Shown here one piece after another: positions 36,901 to 46,257 of a stretch of 64,000 nucleotides of DNA (position 1 is the first letter of the stretch; the number at the start of each line of letters is the position of its first letter). Both the position numbers and the translations under genes were made by a program. The notes under the pieces are model-generated. The model was not told where the DNA came from. It did no database searches and was given only the letters and a program-made list of their open reading frames with translations. Origin of the DNA: Cyanophora paradoxa CCMP329 (Eukaryota; Plantae; Glaucophyta); assembly GCA_004431415.1 (NCBI GenBank), contig QPMI01000174.1:1-64000 (forward strand), given 5' to 3'.

Positions 36901-37159
36901 ATTCATTCATGGCTGTTCCATCTTCTGCCTCTGGTTCTATTTGCCTCAGGCGATCGAGTTCATCAAGAGTCTCAACTTTGTCATAGAGGTTATTGGCTTT
37001 TCTGGTTAATTTTGCTAAAGTGGGTCTGCCCCTTGAAATAAATCCGATTTCCCGGTCATATTCAGCCTCTGTAATTTCATGGGCTGCATACAGTGTTCCC
37101 AGTAATCCCATGAGTTCCCATTTCTTCTCTCTTATGAGTCTGTTGCTGATTCGGGGCAT
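33914..37159 (-). CDS. Protein-primed family B DNA polymerase (pPolB) with Zn/endonuclease VII-like insert
   Basis: FDANNLYG, KLMNNSIYGK, HDTDS, YGLDPVHY..PGLSWDAML, GIRGG and CYLC...RDHDHHTG...CRNCN. Confidence 0.95.
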   Translation of the reverse strand: MPRISNRLIREKKWELMGLLGTLYAAHEITEAEYDREIGFISRGRPTLAKLTRKANNLYDKVETLDELDRLRQIEPEAEDGTAMNELYRWLTYRARREVVVDVIEYLDRIATSLPKRLRDSLDQFRAIKVRLSFICKFVKVSNPQVWISKYIYSDYFVLTKSRNIRTELNKAAQMCQEQMNVVDSYRLERIEMLRVAIMSYAPTGGCYVKTPESIAAKRATVNIRNIDDSCFENAILAWIHRKDVNSHKRSELTQYRKWKYSPTTYNPLALNFDNIPFPVPCDAEIIDKFESQNAGISINIFGMDGDVIYPLHQSSNPGRKQKINLMLIHDDEGNGHYITIMSLSRLLRVALDKTKDQKLHYCDTCLSRFRSEAKLTAHVDSNRCIDWRLSKGITPKPDTTIEFGLKNLRKTVWLPVVVYCKIEHRSIFIDASKSKREVSAVNIRIVTGADVQDFRFEGQDPMGGLFECLESKARELIDFLFTNIPMNELTDEQKAIYRATKHCYLCSERFTKENFKCRDHDHHTGHYIAPACRNCNLHRRISKQTKVAVVVDQMDDCGTFIFRKIAGMGDKKRIEILSKNFDQYLSLQWGLYKFIDASNFMDFGAADVTELMNKFQAFRRLSHSVYGLDPVHYVSAPGLSWDAMLRTTKAKIELISDVEQYEFVERGIRGGFATMPCRYAEADGENSHIMLFDANNLYGYCLSQPIPVGDFRWETEFNPQDNRSSFLEVDLDYPIRLFLDHSDFPLIINKKIVEYAELSQYQKSLLDLSGEELDKTPKLTATFGSVTNYVVSEPLLQYMLAKGVKLKKVHRVLSFTVAPVMKPYIELNTDMRRKAVNKFEADFYKLMNNSIYGKCIESCRGRSVVKIANTEKLFMKYAASPLVKSTSPISERAVAFEFYTKHVKLDKPVAIGAYVLDTAKLHNYKFFYDTVRSQWAKAKLLFHDTDSFCLYIESQTLQKDLENISFNLDLGGSNRMTPGKYKNEMPGSAILEYVGLRAKVYSFRAAEIERSKLSGTSTEELQFNDFKQCLFAGISKTVTAKQKRRADHTIIDTVSRRVALNCFDAKRYILPDGINSVPFN

Positions 37160-37271
37160 AGTTCCTAACTTGTTCCTACTAAAAGGGGAGGTTTTAAATG
37201 GGGATATTCCGAACGCGAAAATACTTAAAGGAATTTTTATATTGTATATATATAGAAGCCAAATAGCAAGA

Positions 37272-37589
37272 ATGAATCCGGACGGTCAAAGAACGCTTAG
37301 TATTTCAGCCATCATGAGAAGTATTAAAGAAAGAAATGAAACCTGTGAAAACTCAGAATATAAACGCATTCTATGCAGTTTATGTAAATGTGATGAGACT
37401 AGCTATGATCAGTTTGTATGTGATCAATGCTTCAAGACAGTCTGTATAGGATGCATGAAACAGCAAGAGGAAATAGTCGGGAATACAAAATGCCCATTCT
37501 GTAGAAACACATTACAGTATCCAGAGTTCACCTTATTCAACATTCTGGACTACAATGCATGTGATGTTGAAACAATTACATTTGGCTGA
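37272..37589 (+). CDS. Small RING-like zinc-finger protein
   Basis: CSLC..CDQC..VCIGC..CPFCR. ATG at 37272 follows the shared promoter motif. Confidence 0.65.
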   Translation: MNPDGQRTLSISAIMRSIKERNETCENSEYKRILCSLCKCDETSYDQFVCDQCFKTVCIGCMKQQEEIVGNTKCPFCRNTLQYPEFTLFNILDYNACDVETITFG

Positions 37590-37639
37590 GCAACAAAAAA
37601 ATGATTTAAAGAAATATCTTCTATATAGATATATCAAAG

Positions 37640-38290
37640 ATGTCCTGCCCAATCTGTTTCAAAACTATTCAAAGGAATACAATCATTGAGCTTGCTTGTG
37701 AGCATTTCTTTTGTGAAGCCTGCATTATAAAGTATATATATAAGGTTCATGACTCTAATGAGGTATCCCTGTTCTACTGCTGCGCACAAAAAGCTTTCAG
37801 ACAGTTTGAAGGATACCCAGAAATGATGCTTGCAGAGAGCAACTATTGCATATCATGTCCTCTTTGCAGGTGTGAATATTCATTTCTTTCATACATTGCA
37901 AGGATTTCACACACAAAACCTCTTGAACAACTCATCTGCAAGGTCTGGTTTCGAGATGATTTCTATGATCTTGGTCTTTGTCATTATTTGACGGATGCAA
38001 ATCAGTTCTATAATTATATTCCGTTGTGTGATAGGCTCCATTGGAAAAAATATGAAAGTTTAAAAACAAATTTTGCGAATGATGTCATCAAAATGTTCAG
38101 TGATCGCAAACACAATGAATACCACATGTACAAATGTGATTGTAAAAAGCCAATCTGCCCAAAGGTCTTTCCTGTGCCATCAGCAACATGTGATTGCAAA
38201 CAACATGCAAGCCCTGAGGAGTTTGAAGAAATGTTGCTTACATATTGTTCAAAGAAATATCCAGAAACCACAAAACAAAAAATGATTTAA
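37640..38290 (+). CDS. RING (C3HC4-type) finger protein, putative E3 ligase
   Basis: CPIC...LACEHFFCEAC...CPLCR, plus a Cys-rich C-terminus. Confidence 0.75.
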   Translation: MSCPICFKTIQRNTIIELACEHFFCEACIIKYIYKVHDSNEVSLFYCCAQKAFRQFEGYPEMMLAESNYCISCPLCRCEYSFLSYIARISHTKPLEQLICKVWFRDDFYDLGLCHYLTDANQFYNYIPLCDRLHWKKYESLKTNFANDVIKMFSDRKHNEYHMYKCDCKKPICPKVFPVPSATCDCKQHASPEEFEEMLLTYCSKKYPETTKQKMI

Positions 38291-38327
38291 AGAATTCTCT
38301 ATATATATTAAGAGAGACAGAGGAAAA

Positions 38328-38582
38328 ATGCCACTCAGTGAAGCCCAGAAGAGAGCTATGAAGAGGTACCAGCAAACTGAAAAAGGTAAGGCTCAAATCA
38401 AAAAGTTTAACGAAAAAATAGCCACACAGCTTAGAGATCTATATCAAACCGATGATACCTATAGAGCAATGAAAATAGCAAGTTCATGTCAGCGAAAGTA
38501 TGCAGCCAATGCAGTCTGCTTTGTCAAGTATTTGTATGATGTCCCTTACTCAAATAGAGGGAGAAAATTGAAACATGTCTAA
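38328..38582 (+). CDS. Small basic protein, possible DNA-binding regulator
   Basis: MPLSEAQKRAMKRYQ basic N-terminus; has its own promoter motif. Confidence 0.5.
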   Translation: MPLSEAQKRAMKRYQQTEKGKAQIKKFNEKIATQLRDLYQTDDTYRAMKIASSCQRKYAANAVCFVKYLYDVPYSNRGRKLKHV

Positions 38583-38797
38583 ATTATTTTTCCCAGCATA
38601 TTACTAGGCTGGGGATATGCTGTTTATTCGCTGAAATACCCATTCATCCTTTTTGTATCTAAACCACTCGATATATCATGTGGATAAATTTCGTAGGGAT
38701 ACTTTCTCGATTTCCAACAAAAAATGATTGGGGGACCCAAAACTACTTAAAGAAAAATCTTCTATATATATATAAAAGGGACCCCCAATCGCTGAAA

Positions 38798-41125
38798 ATG
38801 AACGCCAAACAGACTAAATCGCTCAAATCGCTCGCTAACTGGCTTCGTTCTGATGAGGAACTCGCCAAAAACATGATTATCCCAGTGAAACCTGACAGCA
38901 AAGACCCTGTTTTCAAGCATAAGGGAGGTGCTTGGTCCTGGGAAAAGTATGAGGAAGCGCTGGCAACTAATCAGTATGTATCTTGGGGCATTCTGCTCTC
39001 AGACAACATGATGGTTATTGACTTTGATGATGAGGAGGACTTTGACAAATTCCGGGATATGTTTCCTGATGACTTTGATGCCAATCAGCCCATGGCAAAA
39101 ACTAAAAAAGGCTATCATGTCTACTTTAAACGACCTGAGGAGTTCACTAAACTCAAAATCACCGATAAGGCTCCAGGCTTTAAAGGCTTTGAAAAGGTTG
39201 ACCTGAAAACAATCACTGGAACTGGAACTTCTGGATTAATTAATGTTTGTCCCAGTGTCAACAAGGCTTGGGTGATCTCCCCATGGGATGATACCTGTGA
39301 TTTCAATGAGCCTACTGATGACTTCAAAAAGTGGATTATAGATAACTACATCTATAAGAGTGAGTATACTGCTCATGCTACCTCATATGATGAACTTGAA
39401 AACAATATTATCAAAGAGCTGGTGGATATGGGATTTATGCATCCCAATATAATCTCTAAAACTGAACTTGGCTTTAACTTTGATGCTGCTAACAAGGGAC
39501 TCAATTGCCCATGCTGCAATGGTTCACATGAATCGAATAACTGGTATGTTATGAAAGCTAAAGGAGATGATAACAAATACATTGTGTCAAGCTACAGTGG
39601 AAATTGCAAAAAACGATTCATCTGCATTGGAATGCAATCTGATATCTTCAATCTTATAGATAAATCCGCTGGTTCTGGTGGCGCTCATTATGATGTGAGT
39701 TTAGTATGCAAAGAGGTTCTTAAACATACATGGAGATACTCCAAAAAGTCATGGTTCAAACTCAATACTGATACTGGGATTTGGGAGCATGATGACACAA
39801 ACCTAAAGATTTACCTAGATATAAGCCGTCTTGTTGTCCCCCAATACCTTGGAAGGGCTGTGCATTATAGTCAAAGAGCTTTAAAGGATGAGGAAAACAA
39901 AGCAGCTTTCGAAGAAAGATCCAAAACATTGATGACCATTGCCAAAAATCTTAAACAATCAGGATTTCGCAAATCCCTTCTGACTGACTTGGTCCCACTG
40001 CTGAATGATGATGAATTCTTTGAGAAGATTGACACAGTTCCATATGTGATTGGATTCGAAAATGGTGTATTTGATCTGACCACTATGACTTTCAGAAAGG
40101 GTAAACTGGAAGATATGGTGAGCAAGACTGTGGGTTATGACTATACTGAAAATGTAGACCCCAAGAAAATAGAGCATCTCAATCAGATTTATAAAGAGAT
40201 TGTGGATGATCCAGCAGAGCGAAAGTATCTTCTGGCATCCATTGCAATTGCCCTTAGTGGATCAACTAAATCCCAGAAGTTCTATATGTGGACTGGTGCT
40301 GGTGCTAATGGTAAATCACTTGTTCAGGAATACTGCAAACAGATATCTGGTCGCTATTACAGCCCTCTCGAAATATCCTATTGGACTAAGCCTAAAAAGA
40401 ACTCATCAGAGGCTACTCCTGAACTTGCCAAACTCCTTGGAAAGCGACTTGTATTCAGTAATGAGGCTGAAGATGGTGATAAACTGCAGATCTCCAAGAT
40501 TAAGGAGGTCACAGGTGGAAATGAAATGACTGTGAGAGCCTTGTTCAAAGACCCAGTTATCCTTACCCCAATGTTTCAGGTCTACATTACAACTAATGAC
40601 AATTTGACTATAAATAAACCAGACTTTGCAATTCAAAGAAGACTTTCCTATCAGAGATTCAATAATATATTCAGAGAGAAGCCAGAAGCTGGTCAAAAGA
40701 AAGCTGACCCAACTCTGTTCACACTTCTACACAATGATGATGAGTATAAGATGGCTCACATGAAGATATTACTGGATATGTGGAAGAACAAAGAGGTTGA
40801 AGAGATCTTAAGAAGTCCCCCTCAATCGATTATTGAACAGGGAATTAACTTTATAGCTGAAAATGATAAGATTGGTGAATGGCTTCGAGATAATTTCGAG
40901 GTTACACATAATGCTAACGACTTTGTTTCCAGTGATATCATTTACAAATCATACAAAAGTGTTGATGATAAAGTTGAATGTGTATCTGTTATGAAAAGAG
41001 TAAGGGAGATCTTCAATGTTAAATCAGAAAGAAAACGAGTTAATGGTATTCTTGCCAGAGGATATATTGGGATTCGAAAGATAACAAGGGTTCAGGAAGA
41101 CAATGAAGATGATGCCGAATATTAA
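38798..41125 (+). CDS. Prim-pol (AEP) primase fused to D5-like SF3 helicase
   Basis: VIDFD...KTKKGYHVYF (prim-pol), CPCC..H Zn motif, IGFENGVFDL (D5_N), Walker A GAGANGKS, GKRLVFSNE, ITTN, AIQRR. Likely start MNAKQ at 38798. Confidence 0.9.
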   Translation: MNAKQTKSLKSLANWLRSDEELAKNMIIPVKPDSKDPVFKHKGGAWSWEKYEEALATNQYVSWGILLSDNMMVIDFDDEEDFDKFRDMFPDDFDANQPMAKTKKGYHVYFKRPEEFTKLKITDKAPGFKGFEKVDLKTITGTGTSGLINVCPSVNKAWVISPWDDTCDFNEPTDDFKKWIIDNYIYKSEYTAHATSYDELENNIIKELVDMGFMHPNIISKTELGFNFDAANKGLNCPCCNGSHESNNWYVMKAKGDDNKYIVSSYSGNCKKRFICIGMQSDIFNLIDKSAGSGGAHYDVSLVCKEVLKHTWRYSKKSWFKLNTDTGIWEHDDTNLKIYLDISRLVVPQYLGRAVHYSQRALKDEENKAAFEERSKTLMTIAKNLKQSGFRKSLLTDLVPLLNDDEFFEKIDTVPYVIGFENGVFDLTTMTFRKGKLEDMVSKTVGYDYTENVDPKKIEHLNQIYKEIVDDPAERKYLLASIAIALSGSTKSQKFYMWTGAGANGKSLVQEYCKQISGRYYSPLEISYWTKPKKNSSEATPELAKLLGKRLVFSNEAEDGDKLQISKIKEVTGGNEMTVRALFKDPVILTPMFQVYITTNDNLTINKPDFAIQRRLSYQRFNNIFREKPEAGQKKADPTLFTLLHNDDEYKMAHMKILLDMWKNKEVEEILRSPPQSIIEQGINFIAENDKIGEWLRDNFEVTHNANDFVSSDIIYKSYKSVDDKVECVSVMKRVREIFNVKSERKRVNGILARGYIGIRKITRVQEDNEDDAEY

Positions 41126-41354
41126 ACAAAACGATTGATGATTGAGATTTATATGTATTTTTATAGCCTTACTGTAAATGGTTTGTGTGACAGGTGTGAC
41201 AGGTCCATCCCAAGGAAAGCCCTGGTGAAAAGTTGATCTTCAAAATCGATGGGATAGACCTGTCACACCTGTCACACCTGTCACACCTATCGGAAAAGAC
41301 CAAAATTTGACAAGAATACTTAAGGCTTACTTGATTGTGTATAGTGAAGACAAA

Positions 41355-41576
41355 ATGGCAAAGACTCTTGATGAGATGACCATGACTGAGTTAGATAAAT
41401 GCATTAAGCATGGAGATATTGGAGCATATATCGAAATGTCACAGAGATTGATAGGTTACAATATGTATGCAGCAAAACCAAAGAGAAATAGATCAGTAAA
41501 CATTCACATAACTGTTTCAGTGTCTGAGAATGCAAACAAAAAACAACAAAAGCATATTTACAAAAGTTATCTGTGA
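41355..41576 (+). CDS. Hypothetical small protein
   Basis: ATG at 41355 (MAKTLDEM) preceded by a TTAAGG...TATA motif. Confidence 0.4.
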   Translation: MAKTLDEMTMTELDKCIKHGDIGAYIEMSQRLIGYNMYAAKPKRNRSVNIHITVSVSENANKKQQKHIYKSYL

Positions 41577-41663
41577 CTTGATTGCAAGTATAAAGCCAAT
41601 TCCTTTGTATATATTTTTATAGCTGCCTCAGTGGCATACTGAGACCGCTTTTTCTCAATTATC

Positions 41664-41909
41664 TTATAGACCTGGGGGTCCATTGCTACTTTCAGTTGGC
41701 AAATAATATTTAATCGGTCTTCCTCTGGGTCTCTGCTCCTCTTTTTGGGCTTTTCTGCGATAATAGGATGCCAGGGCTTGCTGCTTTTTATACTCTCTAT
41801 ATTCTGGGTCCTCTCTATATCGTTTCTGCATTGCTAGTATGTGTCTAATAGAACCCTCAGTAACAGGTTCATCACTGGTAAACTCGATTAAACTAATAGT
41901 GTCCTCCAT
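41664..41909 (-). CDS. Small basic protein with AT-hook-like RPRGRP motif
   Basis: 81-aa ORF; EEQRPRGRPIK. Confidence 0.5.
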   Translation of the reverse strand: MEDTISLIEFTSDEPVTEGSIRHILAMQKRYREDPEYREYKKQQALASYYRRKAQKEEQRPRGRPIKYYLPTESSNGPPGL

Positions 41910-42225
41910 TTATATTCCCAGAGAAAACGTTTTCTGCTGGTAAAGAACTTCTCCTTGGATACTCCTGCTGCTCATATGCATACTCATTGGGGTCTGCTGG
42001 CATTGACTCCACAGAAATCGTAGACCTCCTTCTCTCTCTTGCTTCTGAGGCATTATCCTCAGTATCTGACATCTCAAACTCTATTGTTGTGTCACAGCAT
42101 CCACTGTGGCAATTGCTCACCACATGCAGACTGAGCATCTCAATAAACTTTCGTATTATATCCATGTCTCTAATAAAACAGAGAAAATTAAAGCCAAACT
42201 CGTCTTTTATATACTGTTGGGGCAA
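41893..42225 (-). CDS. Hypothetical protein
   Basis: ORF packed between neighbours on the same strand; start uncertain. Confidence 0.4.
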   Translation of the reverse strand: MPQQYIKDEFGFNFLCFIRDMDIIRKFIEMLSLHVVSNCHSGCCDTTIEFEMSDTEDNASEARERRRSTISVESMPADPNEYAYEQQEYPRRSSLPAENVFSGNINGGHY

Positions 42226-42922
42226 CTCCCTTTTCTACTTCAGCTTTGGTGGCACCAGGTTCAATGGTTCCCTTTTGGGTCTTTGTTTTCATTTCATCTA
42301 CTGCCTGCTCATCGATTTGGTTCTCTTTCTTAGCAATAAATTGTTTATCTGGGACACCAGTAATGCCCATTTTATAAACTTCCTTTCGAAGCATCTCCTT
42401 TAGCTTAGCCCTCTCTTTCTTCTCAGTAACATACTGCTCCAAGGCACTGGATTTGGCTTCCAGGTCTTTGAGTTTAGCAGTCATCTCATCCCATTGAGCC
42501 TTGGGAATTCGATGAATATTTTGAGTGGGAGCAGTCTTGTATGTGACTTCACCAGCCATAGACTGAATTACCTTGTCTGATTCCTTACTAAGACCTTCAC
42601 CTTTGCGAGCCAATGACAGATCTTGCAAGCCTAAACCTTTATCATCAGCAGCACCAATAATTCGCCTGGCTCCCTCAGCAACAGCCTTCATCTTTGAGGC
42701 TTCAGGTGAAATGTTGAGTTGGTCACTGGTTGAAGCCTGTGGGGCTTTGTCATCGACTGATTCCTCATAGGCAGCATTAAGAGGGTCTTCTTCTTGTTGT
42801 GAGGGCTTCACCTCATTCATACCATTGAACTTCAGTGGTTCAGTGTTAATGGATCCATTGTTTCCACCACCTGAATAGCCAACAGCCCCAGCTGGGATCC
42901 CTATCTTTCGTTTGGGAGGCAT
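42188..42922 (-). CDS. Hypothetical charged/coiled-coil protein (MPPKRK NLS-like start)
   Basis: 244-aa ORF directly downstream of the ATPase. Confidence 0.6.
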   Translation of the reverse strand: MPPKRKIGIPAGAVGYSGGGNNGSINTEPLKFNGMNEVKPSQQEEDPLNAAYEESVDDKAPQASTSDQLNISPEASKMKAVAEGARRIIGAADDKGLGLQDLSLARKGEGLSKESDKVIQSMAGEVTYKTAPTQNIHRIPKAQWDEMTAKLKDLEAKSSALEQYVTEKKERAKLKEMLRKEVYKMGITGVPDKQFIAKKENQIDEQAVDEMKTKTQKGTIEPGATKAEVEKGVAPTVYKRRVWL

Positions 42923-42950
42923 TGTATCTTTATTAGAATGAGAGATAATT

Positions 42951-43732
42951 TTATAAACCGCGTTTATATCGCATCAATTTATTGCTATGGACTTGGCTTT
43001 TCACTTCTTTGGGGGCTTCCTCTTTCTCTGGTGGTTTCAGTTCATCTTCTTTCTTCTTGGGCTTCCTGTGGAAGCGAGGAAATGGGAAATCTTTCACAAG
43101 CTCAGCTTTATCTACATAGTATTTAACTGAGTAGTTTGCAGAGGACCAAATAATATACTGATAGGAGTGAACATACTCTTCAAACATCTTGTAAAAATCC
43201 TCTTTATTTCGCATTATATTGTATTCTTCCTCTATGGCTTCAAGTTCTTTGCGATTTGCAGCACTGAGAAACATAGCATAGTCCGAATTAACTCGAATAG
43301 TCGAAGAGACTTTCCTTAGCTTTTGTGTGATGCAGATAATGGATATTTTCGAATGGCGACCTCTGGAATACAGAGAGCCAATAATTTTATCACGAGTTAG
43401 GTCTACAATCTCATTATCTATAAGATCATCTAAAACTACACATAACTGGTTAACAGGTTGACCTTTTTCTATTTTCTCTTGCCTTTCATCTAGCAATTTA
43501 GCAATGTAAGGGCATCCCATTTTCCCAGTTGCAATGTTGCAACTTTATCCCAGAAATGATTGAAGCTGGTTCCACTCACAACTAATACAACATCAATCTT
43601 TTTGGCATCATGCAACTGCTTCAACCAATACTTCACAGCTTCTGATTTACCAGTTGCTGATTTTCCTATTGCCAGTACACGAAATGGTGGCTCTATCATT
43701 TCACCAGCCACAAATTCATCCAAATCAGTCAT
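42951..43732 (-). CDS. A32/FtsK-HerA family genome-packaging ATPase; apparent frameshift near 43511
   Basis: Walker A GKSATGKS in ORF 43490-43732; Walker B VVLDD, arginine finger RGRH and ITQ...IRVN in ORF 42951-43520. Confidence 0.9.
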
Positions 43733-43797
43733 TGTTGTATATCTTTCTTAATAAAGACATATAAAAATAATGCAGGGAGACTGAATATCGTCACAAT

Positions 43798-45165
43798 CTA
43801 CAAATTTATACGACGAAGCCCATCTTTGTCGACAATAATAAAGCTATGCATGAGAGCGCGAACATTAACATCGATTACCTTATCTGAAGGCATGTAGAGG
43901 GTGAGGAATGAAGAGGAGGAATTTGTTAAATCAACATAACCAGACTGGGCAATATTTCGAATCGCCTTTTCTCCATCAAGGCAGAAAGGCAATCCTGAAA
44001 GGACATAGCGATCAGCAACCTTATCCATGTTAGAGCATTTGAAGGCATCAGCAATTAGCTCAGCACCTTTGAGTAGGGAAATTGGCTCAGTGGCAAAAAG
44101 TCGCTGTCCATTTATTTCAGTTGTGAATGTTATCTCTTTGGAGTTGGCATAGGTCTTAAGAACACTGTGGGAGCCTGTGGATTTATCAACAGTTGCATTA
44201 TCACGAACTGAAACAAGCAGAGCATAAACCAGTCCAGAGATTTGAGAGAGGTTAATTCGATTGGGTTGGGCATTGCCCTTGGCAGGGAAAGCACTAGCAT
44301 CAACAAACCCAATGTCTAGAGCAGGAATAGCCATGCCAGTAGTCTTTACTTTTTCAATAACAGTAGCGAAAAGCTCATCAGAAACATTAATAGCATGCAT
44401 GTAAAGGCGAGGAGAGGTAATTGTAATACCAGGGGTTGTTGCACCAAGACTGAAAGTGGTGATGTTTTGACCAACATGGGCAAGGGTTCCATCTGTGAAG
44501 TTTCCAAGACCATCATCGGCAGTTGCATCAACTGTTCCAACAGCAGTTGTGAGTTCACGACCACCATAGGAAGTTTCAACATAACCCTTCTCAGCATCCT
44601 TAAACCAAACAGTAACAACCATTTCACCAGATAAAGCACCAAGGGGAAGGTAGTGATTTAGCCAAGGCACAGGAATTTCAACGAAAAATGAGCCACCAAG
44701 GCGGTTGGTTCCATGAGCAGGAATGCCATGAACCATGCCCATTGATCGCTTCTTTTTAGCTAGTTGATCCTCCGAATAATAGACCAGGGGGAAATGAGCA
44801 AGGAAATCAGATGGAATATGGTAGGTGTAAGATCCATAGGTAATTTCAAGTCGCTGAACTAAAGCACCAACTGGGCGAGTGTATCCATTGCGAACTAGGT
44901 CAGTATCACCAGCAAAAGTGATGGCTGGAAGGTCGAAAGCAAGTTCGAGTTTTCCACAGAAATTGTAGCGAGGTAGCTTGAAGGAAATGCGATTTCCAAC
45001 ATTATTCTCAAAAGTATTGCTGGGATTCACAACAACTAGAACTGGCTTAGACTTGGATTCGAGACCAAGCATAAGGGAGTTATCCAGGAAAAAGGCTTTC
45101 GCCTCCTCTGGGGTTGTTAGGGCTTCTTTCAGCGAAAGTCTTTGAAGAGTGGAAGTGATATCCAT
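43798..45165 (-). CDS. Putative double jelly-roll major capsid protein
   Basis: ~455 aa and beta-rich, with N-terminal 'RISFKLPRYNFCGKLELAFDLP' resembling PLV MCPs. Located between the ATPase and pentons. Confidence 0.7.
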   Translation of the reverse strand: MDITSTLQRLSLKEALTTPEEAKAFFLDNSLMLGLESKSKPVLVVVNPSNTFENNVGNRISFKLPRYNFCGKLELAFDLPAITFAGDTDLVRNGYTRPVGALVQRLEITYGSYTYHIPSDFLAHFPLVYYSEDQLAKKKRSMGMVHGIPAHGTNRLGGSFFVEIPVPWLNHYLPLGALSGEMVVTVWFKDAEKGYVETSYGGRELTTAVGTVDATADDGLGNFTDGTLAHVGQNITTFSLGATTPGITITSPRLYMHAINVSDELFATVIEKVKTTGMAIPALDIGFVDASAFPAKGNAQPNRINLSQISGLVYALLVSVRDNATVDKSTGSHSVLKTYANSKEITFTTEINGQRLFATEPISLLKGAELIADAFKCSNMDKVADRYVLSGLPFCLDGEKAIRNIAQSGYVDLTNSSSSFLTLYMPSDKVIDVNVRALMHSFIIVDKDGLRRINL

Positions 45166-45218
45166 TATATTCTCTTTTATTATACTGCAACATAAAAAAT
45201 CTACCAATGATCCTTAAT

Positions 45219-46228
45219 TTATGCGAAGCTTGTAATAACTGGATAGGAAGGGTGAAGCTGTGACATTCGCATCTTAAAGTATTCATAAACTGGGTCTCCT
45301 GCTGGCTCATCACCATAGCGAATTTCAAAGGTCAGATGAACAGGTTGACCCTCAAAATCAATTGGTTCATTAATAGCATTTACAATATCAACCGAGAAAG
45401 TGGATAATCCAACCTTCTTATTATAGTATTTGTAAAGTGGATGAGCCTCTGTCGAATTGTAAACTACATGCTCACCATAATCTTTGTCAGGGACCACTAT
45501 TTTATGGAAGTAACCAGTCAGAAGACCATCCCCACATTGCACCAGATCACCCAGCTCCTTTACTCTCACAAACAAAACACTGTCCCTGGTCTTCTCAGGC
45601 TCAAAAGAAGATATAATGCCATTCACTCGACCACCAGTAAAGATTCCATCAGTGAGAGCATCATAGACCTGTGATTGGATTGGGGAGTTACCATATCTTC
45701 CAGGATCAAGACCCAGCAGTCTAGCTGAACTCAACAGCTTTTGGATTGTTTGTTGGCTTGGGTTCACAGCTACTGAGAAAGCCAAGTAAAATGGTACTGC
45801 TGAGTGGAATATAATTCGTTTCAGTGATTCATCCCATTTGCAGCGAATGGATGGTTGGGGATTTCTGCCTTCGAATTTAGAGTTAATTACATTCACCAGT
45901 TGTTGGTGGCTTTGGATGGGGTGTTTCGACTTATAATGAATTGTTTCCATTGTTCATAGTCAGCAGCTGGGCGAACTGTTGGAATTCCTGAGCTTCCAGC
46001 TCCAGGAGTTTGTTCAGAATAATAAATGCTAAATGCATTGTCAACTGTCACATCTCCAACTTTGGTTTCACCACTCACCATAGGGATGCTGTTATAAAAT
46101 TCGGCTGATACCAGTCTCACAGCCCTCACATTCTCATAAGAACTTGGGAGTCTAGCCACAAAGCTTGATGTGGGACCATCACCAGAGATTGTATTAAATG
46201 AGCTAACCTCGATGTAATCCACAGGCAT
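45219..46228 (-). CDS. Putative minor capsid (penton) protein 1; apparent frameshift near 45918
   Basis: N-terminus YIEVSS...SSFVARLPSSYENVRAVRLVSAEFYN; C-terminus LSTFSVDIVNAINEPIDFEGQPVHLTFEI, a single jelly-roll penton pattern. Confidence 0.65.
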
Positions 46229-46257
46229 TCTTCTTTTATCTATATTTATATATTAAA

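Larger units (their letters stand above)
37222..38775 (+). promoter_or_regulatory. Recurrent viral promoter-like motif (AAAAATGA)-TTAAAG-N8-14-TATATA upstream of the RING1, RING2, small basic and helicase genes
   Basis: Copies at ~37223, ~37596, ~38277 and ~38718/38745, each 15-45 nt before an ATG. Confidence 0.6.

Noticed and set aside
36993-37271. N-terminal extension of the RING ORF, and likewise 38678-38797 of the helicase and 45166-45207 of the MCP
   Set aside because: These overlap polB or promoter/intergenic motifs; the downstream ATGs fit better.
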